DNA of 40,000 nt from Prevotella phage Lak-B2: the sequence record MK250021.1; one strand, given 5' to 3'. The notes beneath the pieces are model-generated. The model did no database searches and was not told the origin of the DNA. It was given only the letters and a program-made list of their open reading frames with translations. The position numbers and the translations under genes were made by a program. Shown here piece after piece: positions 1-8,964 of this stretch (within the stretch, counting starts at the first letter, position 1; every line of letters begins with the position of its first letter).

Positions 1-504
1 CCATCAGAACGAAAAGGTAAATTTATTTATGTAAGTCCAAGAAACGTAGATAAGAATAGATTAACACCATCTGATTTTGTATTGTTTGATACTGATGATT
101 ATTCTTATTATGCAGTAGACGAAAAAATGAAACCTTCTGTTGATTCTCCTGTACAAGCAGAATTATATAAGGAATTCCCGACAATTAATTATATGATTCA
201 TGGACATGCATTTGTACATGTAATGAAAGATATAGATGAAGCAAATATACCAGTTGCAAGTACAGAGAATTATTTTCCATGTGGTGATCTCAGGGAATTG
301 TCAGAAGTAAAGAAATTAATGAAGTTCATTATATATGATGAATGTCATAAGAACTATGGTATCATTAATCTTAAAGGACATGGTTTTTTAATGTTCAGTC
401 AGACTTTTGAACAAATGCAATATATGATTAATGATATACATTCATTTGTTATGAATGATGGTAATAGATTATTTAATTTAAAGCTAATTGATTATGGGAT
501 TTAA
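1..504 (+). CDS. Partial (5' end outside window) class II aldolase/adducin-like protein
   Basis: Frame is open from base 1 (PSERKGKFIYVSPRNVDKNRLTPSDFVLFDTDDY...) to TAA at 502-504. Motifs 'INYMIHGHAFVHV', 'FPCGDL' and 'GIINLKGHGFLMF' resemble class II aldolase/adducin heads. The track start at 82 is TTG and is probably internal. Confidence 0.5.
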   Translation, partial: PSERKGKFIYVSPRNVDKNRLTPSDFVLFDTDDYSYYAVDEKMKPSVDSPVQAELYKEFPTINYMIHGHAFVHVMKDIDEANIPVASTENYFPCGDLRELSEVKKLMKFIIYDECHKNYGIINLKGHGFLMFSQTFEQMQYMINDIHSFVMNDGNRLFNLKLIDYGI

Positions 505-1177
505 TATTAAATCATTGTTTGTTGTAGAAGAAGATACTGCAAATAAAGATAAAGTTGAAATTAAGCAGGATAAAGTAGAACCTACTGTAAAAAAGCAAGA
601 AGTAAACGTAGAACAACCAGTAAAAACTGAAGATACTAATACAAATGATGAATCAAAATCTCCTACTGATGAAGTGAACCATGAATTCCTTGATAAACTT
701 TGCAATTATTTGGAAACATGTAAAATTGAAGGTGGCGATTATATGCAATTGAAGAAAGCAGCAAATAGTGAGGGTATGCAATGTATTCCCGATGAATCGG
801 TTAGGTTCCAAGCTGCATTTGCAACACTTAAGAGTGTAAATCCTAACCTTACAAAGGATATTATTCTTTCTTCTATTGATACTTATATTAATGAGATGAA
901 TAAGCAACGAGATATTGCTATTGATCAAGTTGAAAAGAAACGTAAGATTAATGTAGGAGACAAGTCTAAAGCTATTGCAGATAAACAAAAACAAATTGCA
1001 GATCTTCAAAATGAAATTGTTAAGTTATCTACCGAGGTATCAACAATGAAAGAAGAAGTTGATAAAGCAGATGAAGAATGTAATAGAAATGCACGAGAAT
1101 TTACGAATGCTGTTAATATTATTGTTAACGCATTGGAATCAGATAAGAAAAAGATTTCAGAAAAATTAGTAGGTTAA
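494..1177 (+). CDS. Hypothetical charged/coiled-coil protein
   Basis: ORF 488-1177; second ATG (MGFNIKSLF...) at 494. C-terminal heptad-rich segment KQKQIADLQNEIVKLSTEVSTMKEEVDKADEE. Ends in TAA. Confidence 0.7.
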   Translation: MGFNIKSLFVVEEDTANKDKVEIKQDKVEPTVKKQEVNVEQPVKTEDTNTNDESKSPTDEVNHEFLDKLCNYLETCKIEGGDYMQLKKAANSEGMQCIPDESVRFQAAFATLKSVNPNLTKDIILSSIDTYINEMNKQRDIAIDQVEKKRKINVGDKSKAIADKQKQIADLQNEIVKLSTEVSTMKEEVDKADEECNRNAREFTNAVNIIVNALESDKKKISEKLVG

Positions 1178-1185
1178 ATTAATAT

Positions 1186-1368
1186 ATGAAAGTAATAATT
1201 AAGAATTATGATTCTACAAAAGCAAATGATATTGTAATTCCTGTTGAAAATAATATGGATAAACATGTAGACTTTTCTAGCGGTTATGTAGTATTATCAG
1301 ATGGAAATAATGTTAAGAAAGTTTATATTGATTTTAACAAATATCCTGAAGTAGAATTAGATTTATAA
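1186..1368 (+). CDS. Small hypothetical protein, 60 aa
   Basis: Intact ORF tightly spaced between flanking collinear genes. Confidence 0.55.
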   Translation: MKVIIKNYDSTKANDIVIPVENNMDKHVDFSSGYVVLSDGNNVKKVYIDFNKYPEVELDL

Positions 1369-1389
1369 TATATAAAAATATTTTAAAGT

Positions 1390-2457
1390 ATGTCAGATTA
1401 TAGTACAACAGATGTTATTAATGTTGCGAAGAATAAAGTATCACGATGGGAGAAACCTGGTGGTACAACGGGTATGATTGTATTGGGTGTTGCCGTTGGT
1501 GCTATTGCAATTAATATTACACCTATTATGAATTTTATTGCGGCTGCTTGTGCAAGTACACTTAGTGCAATTGGAATGGCTGCTGCTCTTTTCCTTGTAT
1601 TATATTGTTTGTTTGACCCACGTATTCGTAATATAGGTTCAACTATCTATTTTATGATTATGAGAAAGGTTGAAGGACTTCTCGTAGATTATGATCCTAT
1701 TTCTATTGTGAAAAGAAAGATTGCAGAGATGAATAAGAAAATTCAGGAGATTACTGATAATATGGGTAAACTTCGTGGATTGATTGATAAATCAGAGAAA
1801 CGTATTCAGGAAAAGAGAAAACAATGTGATCATGATTTTCAAATGCTTAATAAGTATAAGCAAACAGGAAAGATGCAAGATGCTGCTGTTTATGAAAGAC
1901 AAGTAGCAAGACTTACAGAAGTAATTAAGAATTCTGAAGCGAGACTTACTCAATCAAAGCAGTGGTATGAGATTATGGGCAAACTTAAGCATCAGGCAGA
2001 CCTTACAGTTCTTGATGCAACAAATGAGATTAATGAACGCGTAGAAGAATGGGAAATGATTAAGGCACAACACAAGGCATTCACTTCTATTGTCGGTATT
2101 ATCAACGGTAAGGATGATCAATTCAGTTTGTTTACTCGTGCAATGGATCATATGGCAGATGATATTTCTCAGAAGCTTGGTGAGATGTCATTTATTATTG
2201 AGGAAACTGGAGGTTTGATGTCAAAGATTGATATGGATAATCTTGTGATGTCTGATAAAGCAAATGCTCTTCTTGCTCAATATAATGCAGGTGGTTTGGA
2301 TGCAGTTCTACTTGGTAGTTTTGCAAATCAACCAATTGAACATCAACCATCAGAAACTGTAGAATTTAAGGAAGTAGAATATGCAAAAACTAATAGTAAT
2401 GCAAGTTCTATTACAAATAATAAACAACAAACGCTTAGTCAACCTAATTGGTTCTAA
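1390..2457 (+). CDS. Membrane-anchored coiled-coil protein
   Basis: 355 aa with two adjacent hydrophobic segments (GMIVLGVAVGAIAINITPIMNFIAAA and LSAIGMAAALFLVLYCLF), then a long PspA-like coiled coil. Ends in TAA. Confidence 0.75.
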   Translation: MSDYSTTDVINVAKNKVSRWEKPGGTTGMIVLGVAVGAIAINITPIMNFIAAACASTLSAIGMAAALFLVLYCLFDPRIRNIGSTIYFMIMRKVEGLLVDYDPISIVKRKIAEMNKKIQEITDNMGKLRGLIDKSEKRIQEKRKQCDHDFQMLNKYKQTGKMQDAAVYERQVARLTEVIKNSEARLTQSKQWYEIMGKLKHQADLTVLDATNEINERVEEWEMIKAQHKAFTSIVGIINGKDDQFSLFTRAMDHMADDISQKLGEMSFIIEETGGLMSKIDMDNLVMSDKANALLAQYNAGGLDAVLLGSFANQPIEHQPSETVEFKEVEYAKTNSNASSITNNKQQTLSQPNWF

Positions 2458-2505
2458 GAATTATTTTATCATTCATTTCATTAATTATATTTTTTATTTA
2501 ATCTT

Positions 2506-2544
2506 AGTGAACTATATGGATTTATTTCTATAGTTCACTTTTTA
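2506..2544 (+). terminator. Rho-independent terminator
   Basis: Perfect 11-bp stem AGTGAACTATA (2506-2516) / TATAGTTCACT (2529-2539) followed by a T-rich tract. Confidence 0.8.
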
Positions 2545-2555
2545 TTTAATATTTT

Positions 2556-2574
2556 ATGTGTATCTTTGTATTGT
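2556..2574 (+). promoter_or_regulatory. Bacteroidota-like promoter (-7 TAnnTTTG)
   Basis: ATGTGTATCTTTGTATTGT, directly after a terminator and upstream of the 2606 gene. Near-identical element recurs at 10182, 12811 and 15070. Confidence 0.65.
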
Positions 2575-2605
2575 AAATTATTTAACTAATTAAAATAGAA
2601 AAATT

Positions 2606-2947
2606 ATGTTAAAGGTCGTAGATACATCATATTATATAATTAATAATAAAGAAAAGAAAGAATTCTTTATATATTATGATATAAACCATAAAATAGATTG
2701 TAATATGTCATTATGGGATATTATGTTTGATTTAAATATTGAAAATGTAAATGAAGATAATAAAGATTTTCTTTTACAAGAATTCTTTAAAAAGAATTGG
2801 ACACGATTCTTTATGATTAAATCTATTCCTTATGATACTATGGTAAATGTATTACCATGGGATAGTATTTTAAATATGGTAAATCAAATTGCGCAAACAA
2901 TAGTTAAATATGAAGATTTAAAAGCTATTCCATCAAACAATAAGTAG
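2606..2947 (+). CDS. Hypothetical protein, 113 aa
   Basis: Intact ORF ending TAA, downstream of promoter-like element. Confidence 0.7.
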   Translation: MLKVVDTSYYIINNKEKKEFFIYYDINHKIDCNMSLWDIMFDLNIENVNEDNKDFLLQEFFKKNWTRFFMIKSIPYDTMVNVLPWDSILNMVNQIAQTIVKYEDLKAIPSNNK

Positions 2948-3016
2948 TTTTTAAAATAAAAGAATAATAGAAATAAACAAATTAATTTAATAACTTTAAT
3001 AAAAGATTAAAAAATT

Positions 3017-4600
3017 ATGGCAAATGTAGTTTTGCGACCTTGGGTAAAGGTTGTAGGAGTTATTGCGGTAGTTGCCGCTATTATGTTTGGTGCATCGAAA
3101 TTCTTCGGTGGTAATAGTGATGATAAGTCATCTTCTAATAGTGGAGGATTGTTCAGTAACATTTTCTCTGGTAGTGATGATAACGTTATTACTATTGGTA
3201 CAAATACATATGCAGGATTCCTTCCATTTATGTATTTGAATAATGGTCTTAATCCTAATGAGGATTGCCCTATTTACAAGGAATATGGTATTAAGTTGAA
3301 GATTGTCGTACAAGATGATTTTGCTGCAGGTCGAGCCGCATTTAAGAACGGCGATATTGATATTATTTATTGTACTGCAGATGCTCTTCCTGTTGAAATG
3401 AGCGAAGGTTCTGATATGAATGATACAAAATTCTTCAATATTTCTAACTGGTCACGAGGTGCTGATGCCATTGTAGTTAATAAAGGAATTCAGAATGTAA
3501 GCGGACTTATTGGTAAGGTTGTTTGTTGTTCACAGGGTACAGCATCTCATACACTTTTGTTGAATACACTTGAGACAAATGGTATTGGAACAGATAAAGT
3601 AAACATGAGTAATTCTGTTGATCCAAATAAGGTTAATGTGAAGGTTGTAGATAGTGGCTTGGATGCAGCAAGTGCATTCCGTGCAGGTTCATGTGATGCA
3701 GCAGTTGTATTCTCTCCAGATGATCAGGATTTGGTTGCAACTGTGAAGGGAGCGCATGTATTGATTTCTACAACACAAGCATCAAATATTATTTGTGATG
3801 GTTTGATTGCAAAGCAGAGTTATCTTGATTCTAATAAGGAAAATATAAAGAAACTTATTTCTGCATTGTTGTGGGCAAATAATCTTATGAATACTGATAG
3901 TAAAGCTGTAGCAACAGCAGCAAAGGCATTTGCAACTGCATATAATACAGATGAGAATTTCGCTATTAATGGTTCAAAGAATATTCATTATGTCACATTG
4001 GGTGATGCTCAGAATTTCTTTGGGTTGAATAGCTCATATACAGGTGTAAAGGGAGATGAATTGTATTCAAAGATGGCTCGTACATATGAGTCTCTTGGAC
4101 TTTGTAAGCATCCACTTGCATGGAGGAAAGTATCTTATTCTGATATTATTGAGAGTATTGCATCTGAGCCTGATAAGGTAAAGGGCGATCAGTCTGCAGA
4201 AGCAGGTCCAAAGTTTAATGAAACATCTATATCAGATGCAGAAACGAAGACAGCAATTTCAGACAAGAAGGTAACTATTGAATATGGTGTAAATAGTGAT
4301 ATTCTTGATAACGCAGCACAGAGTATTATTGATAAGGAATTTGCTGGTATTGCAAAACAGTTTGCAGGTTCAAAGATTCGAATTATTGGTAATACAGATA
4401 ATACAGGTAATTATGCATATAATGTAGATTTGTCTCGTAGACGTGCACAGTCTGTTGCTAATTATCTTGTAAAAGAATATGGATTTGATAAGAATCGTTT
4501 CATTATTATTGGTAATGGTCCAAAGCGTGCTGTTACAGATGGTGTAGTAGGAGATAATAAGTCATATCGTTCTACTGATTTTCAGTTGATTTCAGAGTAA
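3017..4600 (+). CDS. ABC transporter substrate-binding protein (TauA/SsuA/NMT1-like) fused to a C-terminal OmpA-like domain
   Basis: 527 aa. N-terminal TM anchor (VVGVIAVVAAIMFGASKFF), periplasmic binding-protein-like region (NVITIGTNTYAGFLPFMYLNNG..., LIGKVVCCSQGTASHTLLL), C-terminal OmpA signature (RIIGNTDNTGNYAYNVDLSRRRAQSVANYLVKEYGFDKNRFIIIGNGP). Confidence 0.8.
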   Translation: MANVVLRPWVKVVGVIAVVAAIMFGASKFFGGNSDDKSSSNSGGLFSNIFSGSDDNVITIGTNTYAGFLPFMYLNNGLNPNEDCPIYKEYGIKLKIVVQDDFAAGRAAFKNGDIDIIYCTADALPVEMSEGSDMNDTKFFNISNWSRGADAIVVNKGIQNVSGLIGKVVCCSQGTASHTLLLNTLETNGIGTDKVNMSNSVDPNKVNVKVVDSGLDAASAFRAGSCDAAVVFSPDDQDLVATVKGAHVLISTTQASNIICDGLIAKQSYLDSNKENIKKLISALLWANNLMNTDSKAVATAAKAFATAYNTDENFAINGSKNIHYVTLGDAQNFFGLNSSYTGVKGDELYSKMARTYESLGLCKHPLAWRKVSYSDIIESIASEPDKVKGDQSAEAGPKFNETSISDAETKTAISDKKVTIEYGVNSDILDNAAQSIIDKEFAGIAKQFAGSKIRIIGNTDNTGNYAYNVDLSRRRAQSVANYLVKEYGFDKNRFIIIGNGPKRAVTDGVVGDNKSYRSTDFQLISE

Positions 4601-4618
4601 TTAAAATAAATTATAAAC

Positions 4619-4668
4619 ATGCGGTTTATAGAAAATAATTTTTATTAAATTCTATAAACCGCATTTTT
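4619..4668 (+). terminator. Strong terminator hairpin
   Basis: ATGCGGTTTATAGAA / TTCTATAAACCGCAT stem followed by TTTTT. Confidence 0.8.
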
Positions 4669-4672
4669 AATT

Positions 4673-5170
4673 ATGAAATATAAGCATGAATTAATAGGTA
4701 ATAAAGTATTAATTATATGTGATTGTGATGGTATAAGTATTCATCGAATATATTGTGCATATATATTGGGTGAAGTTATTGATTATAATCCTATTACAAA
4801 TGAAATAAGTATTAGGATAATTAATAATGATATGAATTACTATAGAATGTACAAATTATTTTATAGTAAATTAGGAACACGTACATATTTTGAATTTAAA
4901 CTTAATACATATGATCCTTTTGATCATAAATACTGTTCAGATAATCGTTTAGGATATATAGATCCAAGGGACTATAATGATTTATGGTGGTATGAAGCAT
5001 ATTCAGGTAATGAAGCAATATCATTATTAAAAAATAACCTATTAGAAACAAAAGATAAACCTGTATATAATTATTGTTATCTATCTACTGATTGTTATGG
5101 TAGTTTTAAATCTAAAAAAGAATATTTAACATATCTTTTAAATGAATTAAGTAATGAAAATACAGAATGA
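4673..5170 (+). CDS. Paralogous family protein A (165 aa)
   Basis: MKYKHELIGNKVLIICDCDG...YCAYILGEVIDYNP...DPFDHKYCSDNR...WWYEAYS. Shares N-terminal and WWY motifs with the ORFs at 5154, 5578 and 9709. Confidence 0.75.
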   Translation: MKYKHELIGNKVLIICDCDGISIHRIYCAYILGEVIDYNPITNEISIRIINNDMNYYRMYKLFYSKLGTRTYFEFKLNTYDPFDHKYCSDNRLGYIDPRDYNDLWWYEAYSGNEAISLLKNNLLETKDKPVYNYCYLSTDCYGSFKSKKEYLTYLLNELSNENTE

Positions 5171-5594
5171 TTTAATAGGTAAAAAAGTACTAATTATTCA
5201 TACATATGTTAGTAAATTCTTTAGGAGTTATTGTACATACCATATAGCAACAATTAAATATTATTATCCATCAGGTAATTTTATTATTGTAGAATGTCCG
5301 AATATTAATCGCACAAGATTTACATTAATAGATCATGATGATCCATTTATAAATAAAGATTATTCAGATAAAAAATTGGCAATGAATTTTTCAACTAATG
5401 ATGGATGGTATTATGTATTTACAAATAAATCTTCAATCAGACAATTAGAATATAATTTAATACATTATAAAAATAAACGTTCATTCAATAGCTGTAGAAT
5501 GATAGTTTCTACGGGACGTTTAATGACAACAAAAGAACGGAAAAACTGTTTTGAAACATTATTAAGTAAAATACAAGATGAAATATCGAAATGA
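5154..5594 (+). CDS. Paralogous family protein B (146 aa)
   Basis: MKIQNDLIGKKVLIIHTY...YCTYHIATIKYYYPSGN...DPFINKDYSDKK...WYYVF. Overlaps the upstream paralog by 17 nt. Confidence 0.75.
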   Translation: MKIQNDLIGKKVLIIHTYVSKFFRSYCTYHIATIKYYYPSGNFIIVECPNINRTRFTLIDHDDPFINKDYSDKKLAMNFSTNDGWYYVFTNKSSIRQLEYNLIHYKNKRSFNSCRMIVSTGRLMTTKERKNCFETLLSKIQDEISK

Positions 5595-6036
5595 CTTAAT
5601 AGATAAGAAAGTATTAATTATATGTAATAGTTCTGGTCCTAACAACTGGAATCATTATTGTAGTTATGTTGTTGGGAAAGTAATAAGTTATAATCCATCT
5701 ATTAATTCTATAATGATTGAATATGGTGATAAAACACGAAACTATTTTTCTTTAATTGATTATAATGATCCATTTAAGAAACATAATGATAGTTATAATA
5801 GAGGACTATATAAACGATTAGCATATAAAATACCATTGAATAGATATTCAGAAAGTTGGTGGTATGATGTCTTTTCATTACAATCTGCAGAAAAATTATT
5901 AAATCATAATATTAAACATTCACGAGAAAAATATGTATATGGTGAATGTATATTATCAAAAGTATGTTATAATCATATAAGTAAAAAGAATTTTTTTGAA
6001 TTATTATTAAAAGAATTAAAAGATGAATCTAATTAA
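5578..6036 (+). CDS. Paralogous family protein C (152 aa)
   Basis: MKYRNDLIDKKVLIICNSSGPNNWNHYCSYVVGKVISYNP...DPFKKHNDSYNR...WWYDVF. Overlaps upstream paralog by 17 nt and the downstream permease by 14 nt. Confidence 0.75.
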   Translation: MKYRNDLIDKKVLIICNSSGPNNWNHYCSYVVGKVISYNPSINSIMIEYGDKTRNYFSLIDYNDPFKKHNDSYNRGLYKRLAYKIPLNRYSESWWYDVFSLQSAEKLLNHNIKHSREKYVYGECILSKVCYNHISKKNFFELLLKELKDESN

Positions 6037-6856
6037 ACGTTTATTTAAATTTGGAGGAACTTCTGATTTTGGTACGTTAACAAATGTAATTATTAGTATC
6101 ATAGGTGCTGTTATTATCATTATGGGATGGCATTTCATTTCTGCATATGATATTGTATCTAGTAATATTCTTCCAGATCCATTTAAGGTAATTGGTAGTA
6201 TTCCTACACTTATTACTGAAAATCATTTGTTTGCAAATATTTGGTATACAGTTAAACTAAATCTTTCATGTTATGTATATGCAATTTTACTATCATTTCC
6301 AATAGGATTTTTTATAGCATTATATCCTATTAATAATATACTATTTGGAAAATATATTAATTCTGTAAGATTTATTCCATTGCCTTCTATTACAGGAATT
6401 TTCTTAGCAATATTTGGACTTACATTTGGAATGAAAGTATGGTTTCTTACTGTTGCAATTATGATTTACATTATTCCTTCTGTTGTTAATAAGGTAAATG
6501 ATTTACAAAATCCTGCTAATGAAAAAGATAATGTATATCTTCAGACCGCACAAACAATGGGTATGTCTGCATGGCAGAAGTTCAGATATGTATATTTCCC
6601 TTATGTAACAGGTGGTGTAGTTGATTCTTGTATTGATTTGCTTGCAATTAGTTATAGTTATGTAGTTATTGCAGAAATGATTTATAAGGATGGAACTATA
6701 AGTGGTATGGGTGCATTGATTAATACGATGGTAAGACAATCACAAATGTCTTCCGCATATGCATTGTTATTCTTAATTATTATTATTGGTTGCGTACAGG
6801 ATTTCTTGTTTAAGAAAGGTGCAAGACTATTATTTCCTTACAAATATAAAAATTAA
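6023..6856 (+). CDS. ABC transporter permease (SsuC/TauC-like, BPD_transp_1 family)
   Basis: 277 aa, about six TM segments. Cytoplasmic loop 'YLQTAQTMGMSAWQKFRYVYFPYVTGGVVDSC' fits the importer coupling loop (A..LG.S....F..V..P...P). 'FIPLPSITGIFLAIFGLTFGMKVW' is typical of this family. Confidence 0.88.
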   Translation: MNLIKRLFKFGGTSDFGTLTNVIISIIGAVIIIMGWHFISAYDIVSSNILPDPFKVIGSIPTLITENHLFANIWYTVKLNLSCYVYAILLSFPIGFFIALYPINNILFGKYINSVRFIPLPSITGIFLAIFGLTFGMKVWFLTVAIMIYIIPSVVNKVNDLQNPANEKDNVYLQTAQTMGMSAWQKFRYVYFPYVTGGVVDSCIDLLAISYSYVVIAEMIYKDGTISGMGALINTMVRQSQMSSAYALLFLIIIIGCVQDFLFKKGARLLFPYKYKN

Positions 6857-6864
6857 TAAAGATT

Positions 6865-7854
6865 ATGAGTGATTTTAAAACATTATTTGGACAAAATAAT
6901 CAAGAGGATAAGAAAACACCTATCCTGTTAGAACAAGAAAAAAATATTAATTCATCTACAAATGATTCCAGTATTCCTGATGTAAGTAATAATGTAGATA
7001 AGCCAAATACACCAGATGTAAGTTTACCTAATAATCAGAAAAAAGATCGGGGTGATGGTAAAATAGATGTTGTTAATTTTAAAAATTTAACACAAATATT
7101 TAATAAAGGTAAGAAAAATGAATATAAATTATTTGAAAATTTCTCTTTGAATATAAATGATATTCCGAATGATTTTCAATCCGTGAGTATTATGGGCACA
7201 TCTGGCTGTGGAAAAAGCAGATTAGTACGTCTTTTATGTGGATTGGATGACGTTCAATCTGGAAGTGTTTCTGTATATGGTAAATCATTATCAGAATTTG
7301 GTAATATTCCTATGGTATTTCAAAATCATAGTAATAGTAATTATCCTTGGATGAAAATTATAGATAATGTAATGTTACCAATGATTATTAGAGGATTTTC
7401 TAAAAAAGATGCGTATGAGAAAGCATTACAATTGATTAAGTTAGTTGGACTTGAAGGAAAAGAAAACGATTATCCAAATATGCTAAGTGGCGGACAAAAT
7501 CAACGTATAGCAATTAGTAAATGTCTTGCTTCGAATTCTCAAATTATTGTATTAGATGAAGCAACTGGCGCATTAGATATAAAAATGAAAAAAGAGATTC
7601 AAAATATTATTTTAAAAATATTATATGATTCAAACGTAGATCCTACTATTATTAATATTACTCATAGTATTGAAGAGGCTCTATATATAAGTAATAAAAT
7701 TTTTATATTAAAAGCTAACCCTTGCGGTATTGTTAAAGTTATGAATATTCATTATCCAAATGAAGAAAATATGCACCGAGATGAATGGATTTTTCAAACA
7801 GAAGAGTATAAAAAATATTATTTAGAATTATCAAAAACATTATCTAATATTTAA
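6865..7854 (+). CDS. ABC transporter ATP-binding protein (importer type, SsuB/TauB-like)
   Basis: Walker A GTSGCGKS, Q-loop MVFQNHS, signature LSGGQNQRIAIS, Walker B IIVLDEATGALD, H-loop THSIEEA. Low-complexity N-terminal extension of about 70 aa. Confidence 0.93.
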   Translation: MSDFKTLFGQNNQEDKKTPILLEQEKNINSSTNDSSIPDVSNNVDKPNTPDVSLPNNQKKDRGDGKIDVVNFKNLTQIFNKGKKNEYKLFENFSLNINDIPNDFQSVSIMGTSGCGKSRLVRLLCGLDDVQSGSVSVYGKSLSEFGNIPMVFQNHSNSNYPWMKIIDNVMLPMIIRGFSKKDAYEKALQLIKLVGLEGKENDYPNMLSGGQNQRIAISKCLASNSQIIVLDEATGALDIKMKKEIQNIILKILYDSNVDPTIINITHSIEEALYISNKIFILKANPCGIVKVMNIHYPNEENMHRDEWIFQTEEYKKYYLELSKTLSNI

Positions 7855-7908
7855 ATAGATAAATATAATGGATTCATAATTATTTATGAATTTATATTTT
7901 GCAAAGTT

Positions 7909-7945
7909 GAGCATATTACTAAATTTAGTAATATGCTCTTTTATT
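7909..7945 (+). terminator. Terminator after the ABC operon
   Basis: GAGCATATTACT (7909-7920) / AGTAATATGCTC (7927-7938) followed by TTTT. Confidence 0.8.
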
Positions 7946-7984
7946 TTATAGATAAATATAATGCAAAATATAAATTAAATAATT

Positions 7985-8950
7985 ATGAGAAATATTACAC
8001 ATGATGAATTTATCACATGTGCTAGATCTATACACGGTGATAAATATGATTATTCATAGACAAAGTTTATTAATAAATCTACGTTAATTAAAGTATCTGA
8101 TAATATACATGGTATTTTTGAAATTCTTCCATTTAAACATTTATTATACGATGGATATAATAAAAATTATTTAAATAGTTATGCGAATGAATACAAAAAA
8201 CATTTTATAGAAGTATGTAAATTAGTTCATAATAATAAATATGATTATTCAAAAACAGTATATATACATTCATAAACAAAAATGTTAATAACATGTCCTA
8301 TACATGGTGATTTTTATCAATTACCAATGTCACATATACATGGTAAAGGTTGTAGTAAATGTGGTGATTTATCTACAGCTTATAAACAAGCATATACAAC
8401 TGAAGAATTTATTAATAAATCAAAATAGATACATGGTAATAAATATGATTATTCTAATGTACATTATATAAGTAACAAATATAAGGTTATTATAGGATGT
8501 CCTATACATGGTAATTTTTTATAGTCTCCTGATAAACATTTAAATGGTCATGGTTGTCCAAAATGTGTTTTATATAAATTAGAAAATACAATATCATTAT
8601 TACTTGATAACAATAATATTAAATATAATAAAAATTATAAAGAATTTAAATGGTTAATAAATGATATTAATCATTCATTAGAATTAGATTTCTATATACC
8701 TGAATATAATATTGCTATAGAATGTTAGGGTAAATAGCATTTTGAACCAGTTGAAAAATTTGGAGGAAATGAAGCATATTAAATATAGGTTAAAAATGAT
8801 TAGATAAAATAGACATTATGTAAATAGCATAATATAAAATTATGTTATTTTTGTGACAAATATAACTATATAAATAATTATAAATTAGGATATTTAACAT
8901 ATAAAACAGAAAATTTATTAGAATATATACGATTTCATTTATTAGTTTAA
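7985..8950 (+). pseudogene. Decayed (or heavily recoded) homing-type endonuclease with repeated 'IHGxKYDYS...CPIHGxF...GxGCxKC' modules and a Vsr/DUF559-like nuclease core
   Basis: Single frame with TAG as Gln: MRNITHDEFITCARSIHGDKYDYSQTKF...VYIHS*TKMLITCPIHGDFYQLPMSHIHGKGCSKCG...SKQIHGNKYDYSNVHY...CPIHGNFLQSPDKHLNGHGCPKC...LELDFYIPEYNIAIECQGKQHFEPVEKFGGNEAY*IQVKND... Two in-frame TAA codons (8273-8275, 8780-8782). Final TAA at 8948-8950. Confidence 0.75.
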
Positions 8951-8964
8951 TATACATTTCAATA

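Noticed and set aside
484-1009. Antisense ORFs 484-705 (-) and 653-1009 (-)
   Set aside because: They overlap a convincing plus-strand coiled-coil gene and have low-complexity, shadow-ORF-like translations.
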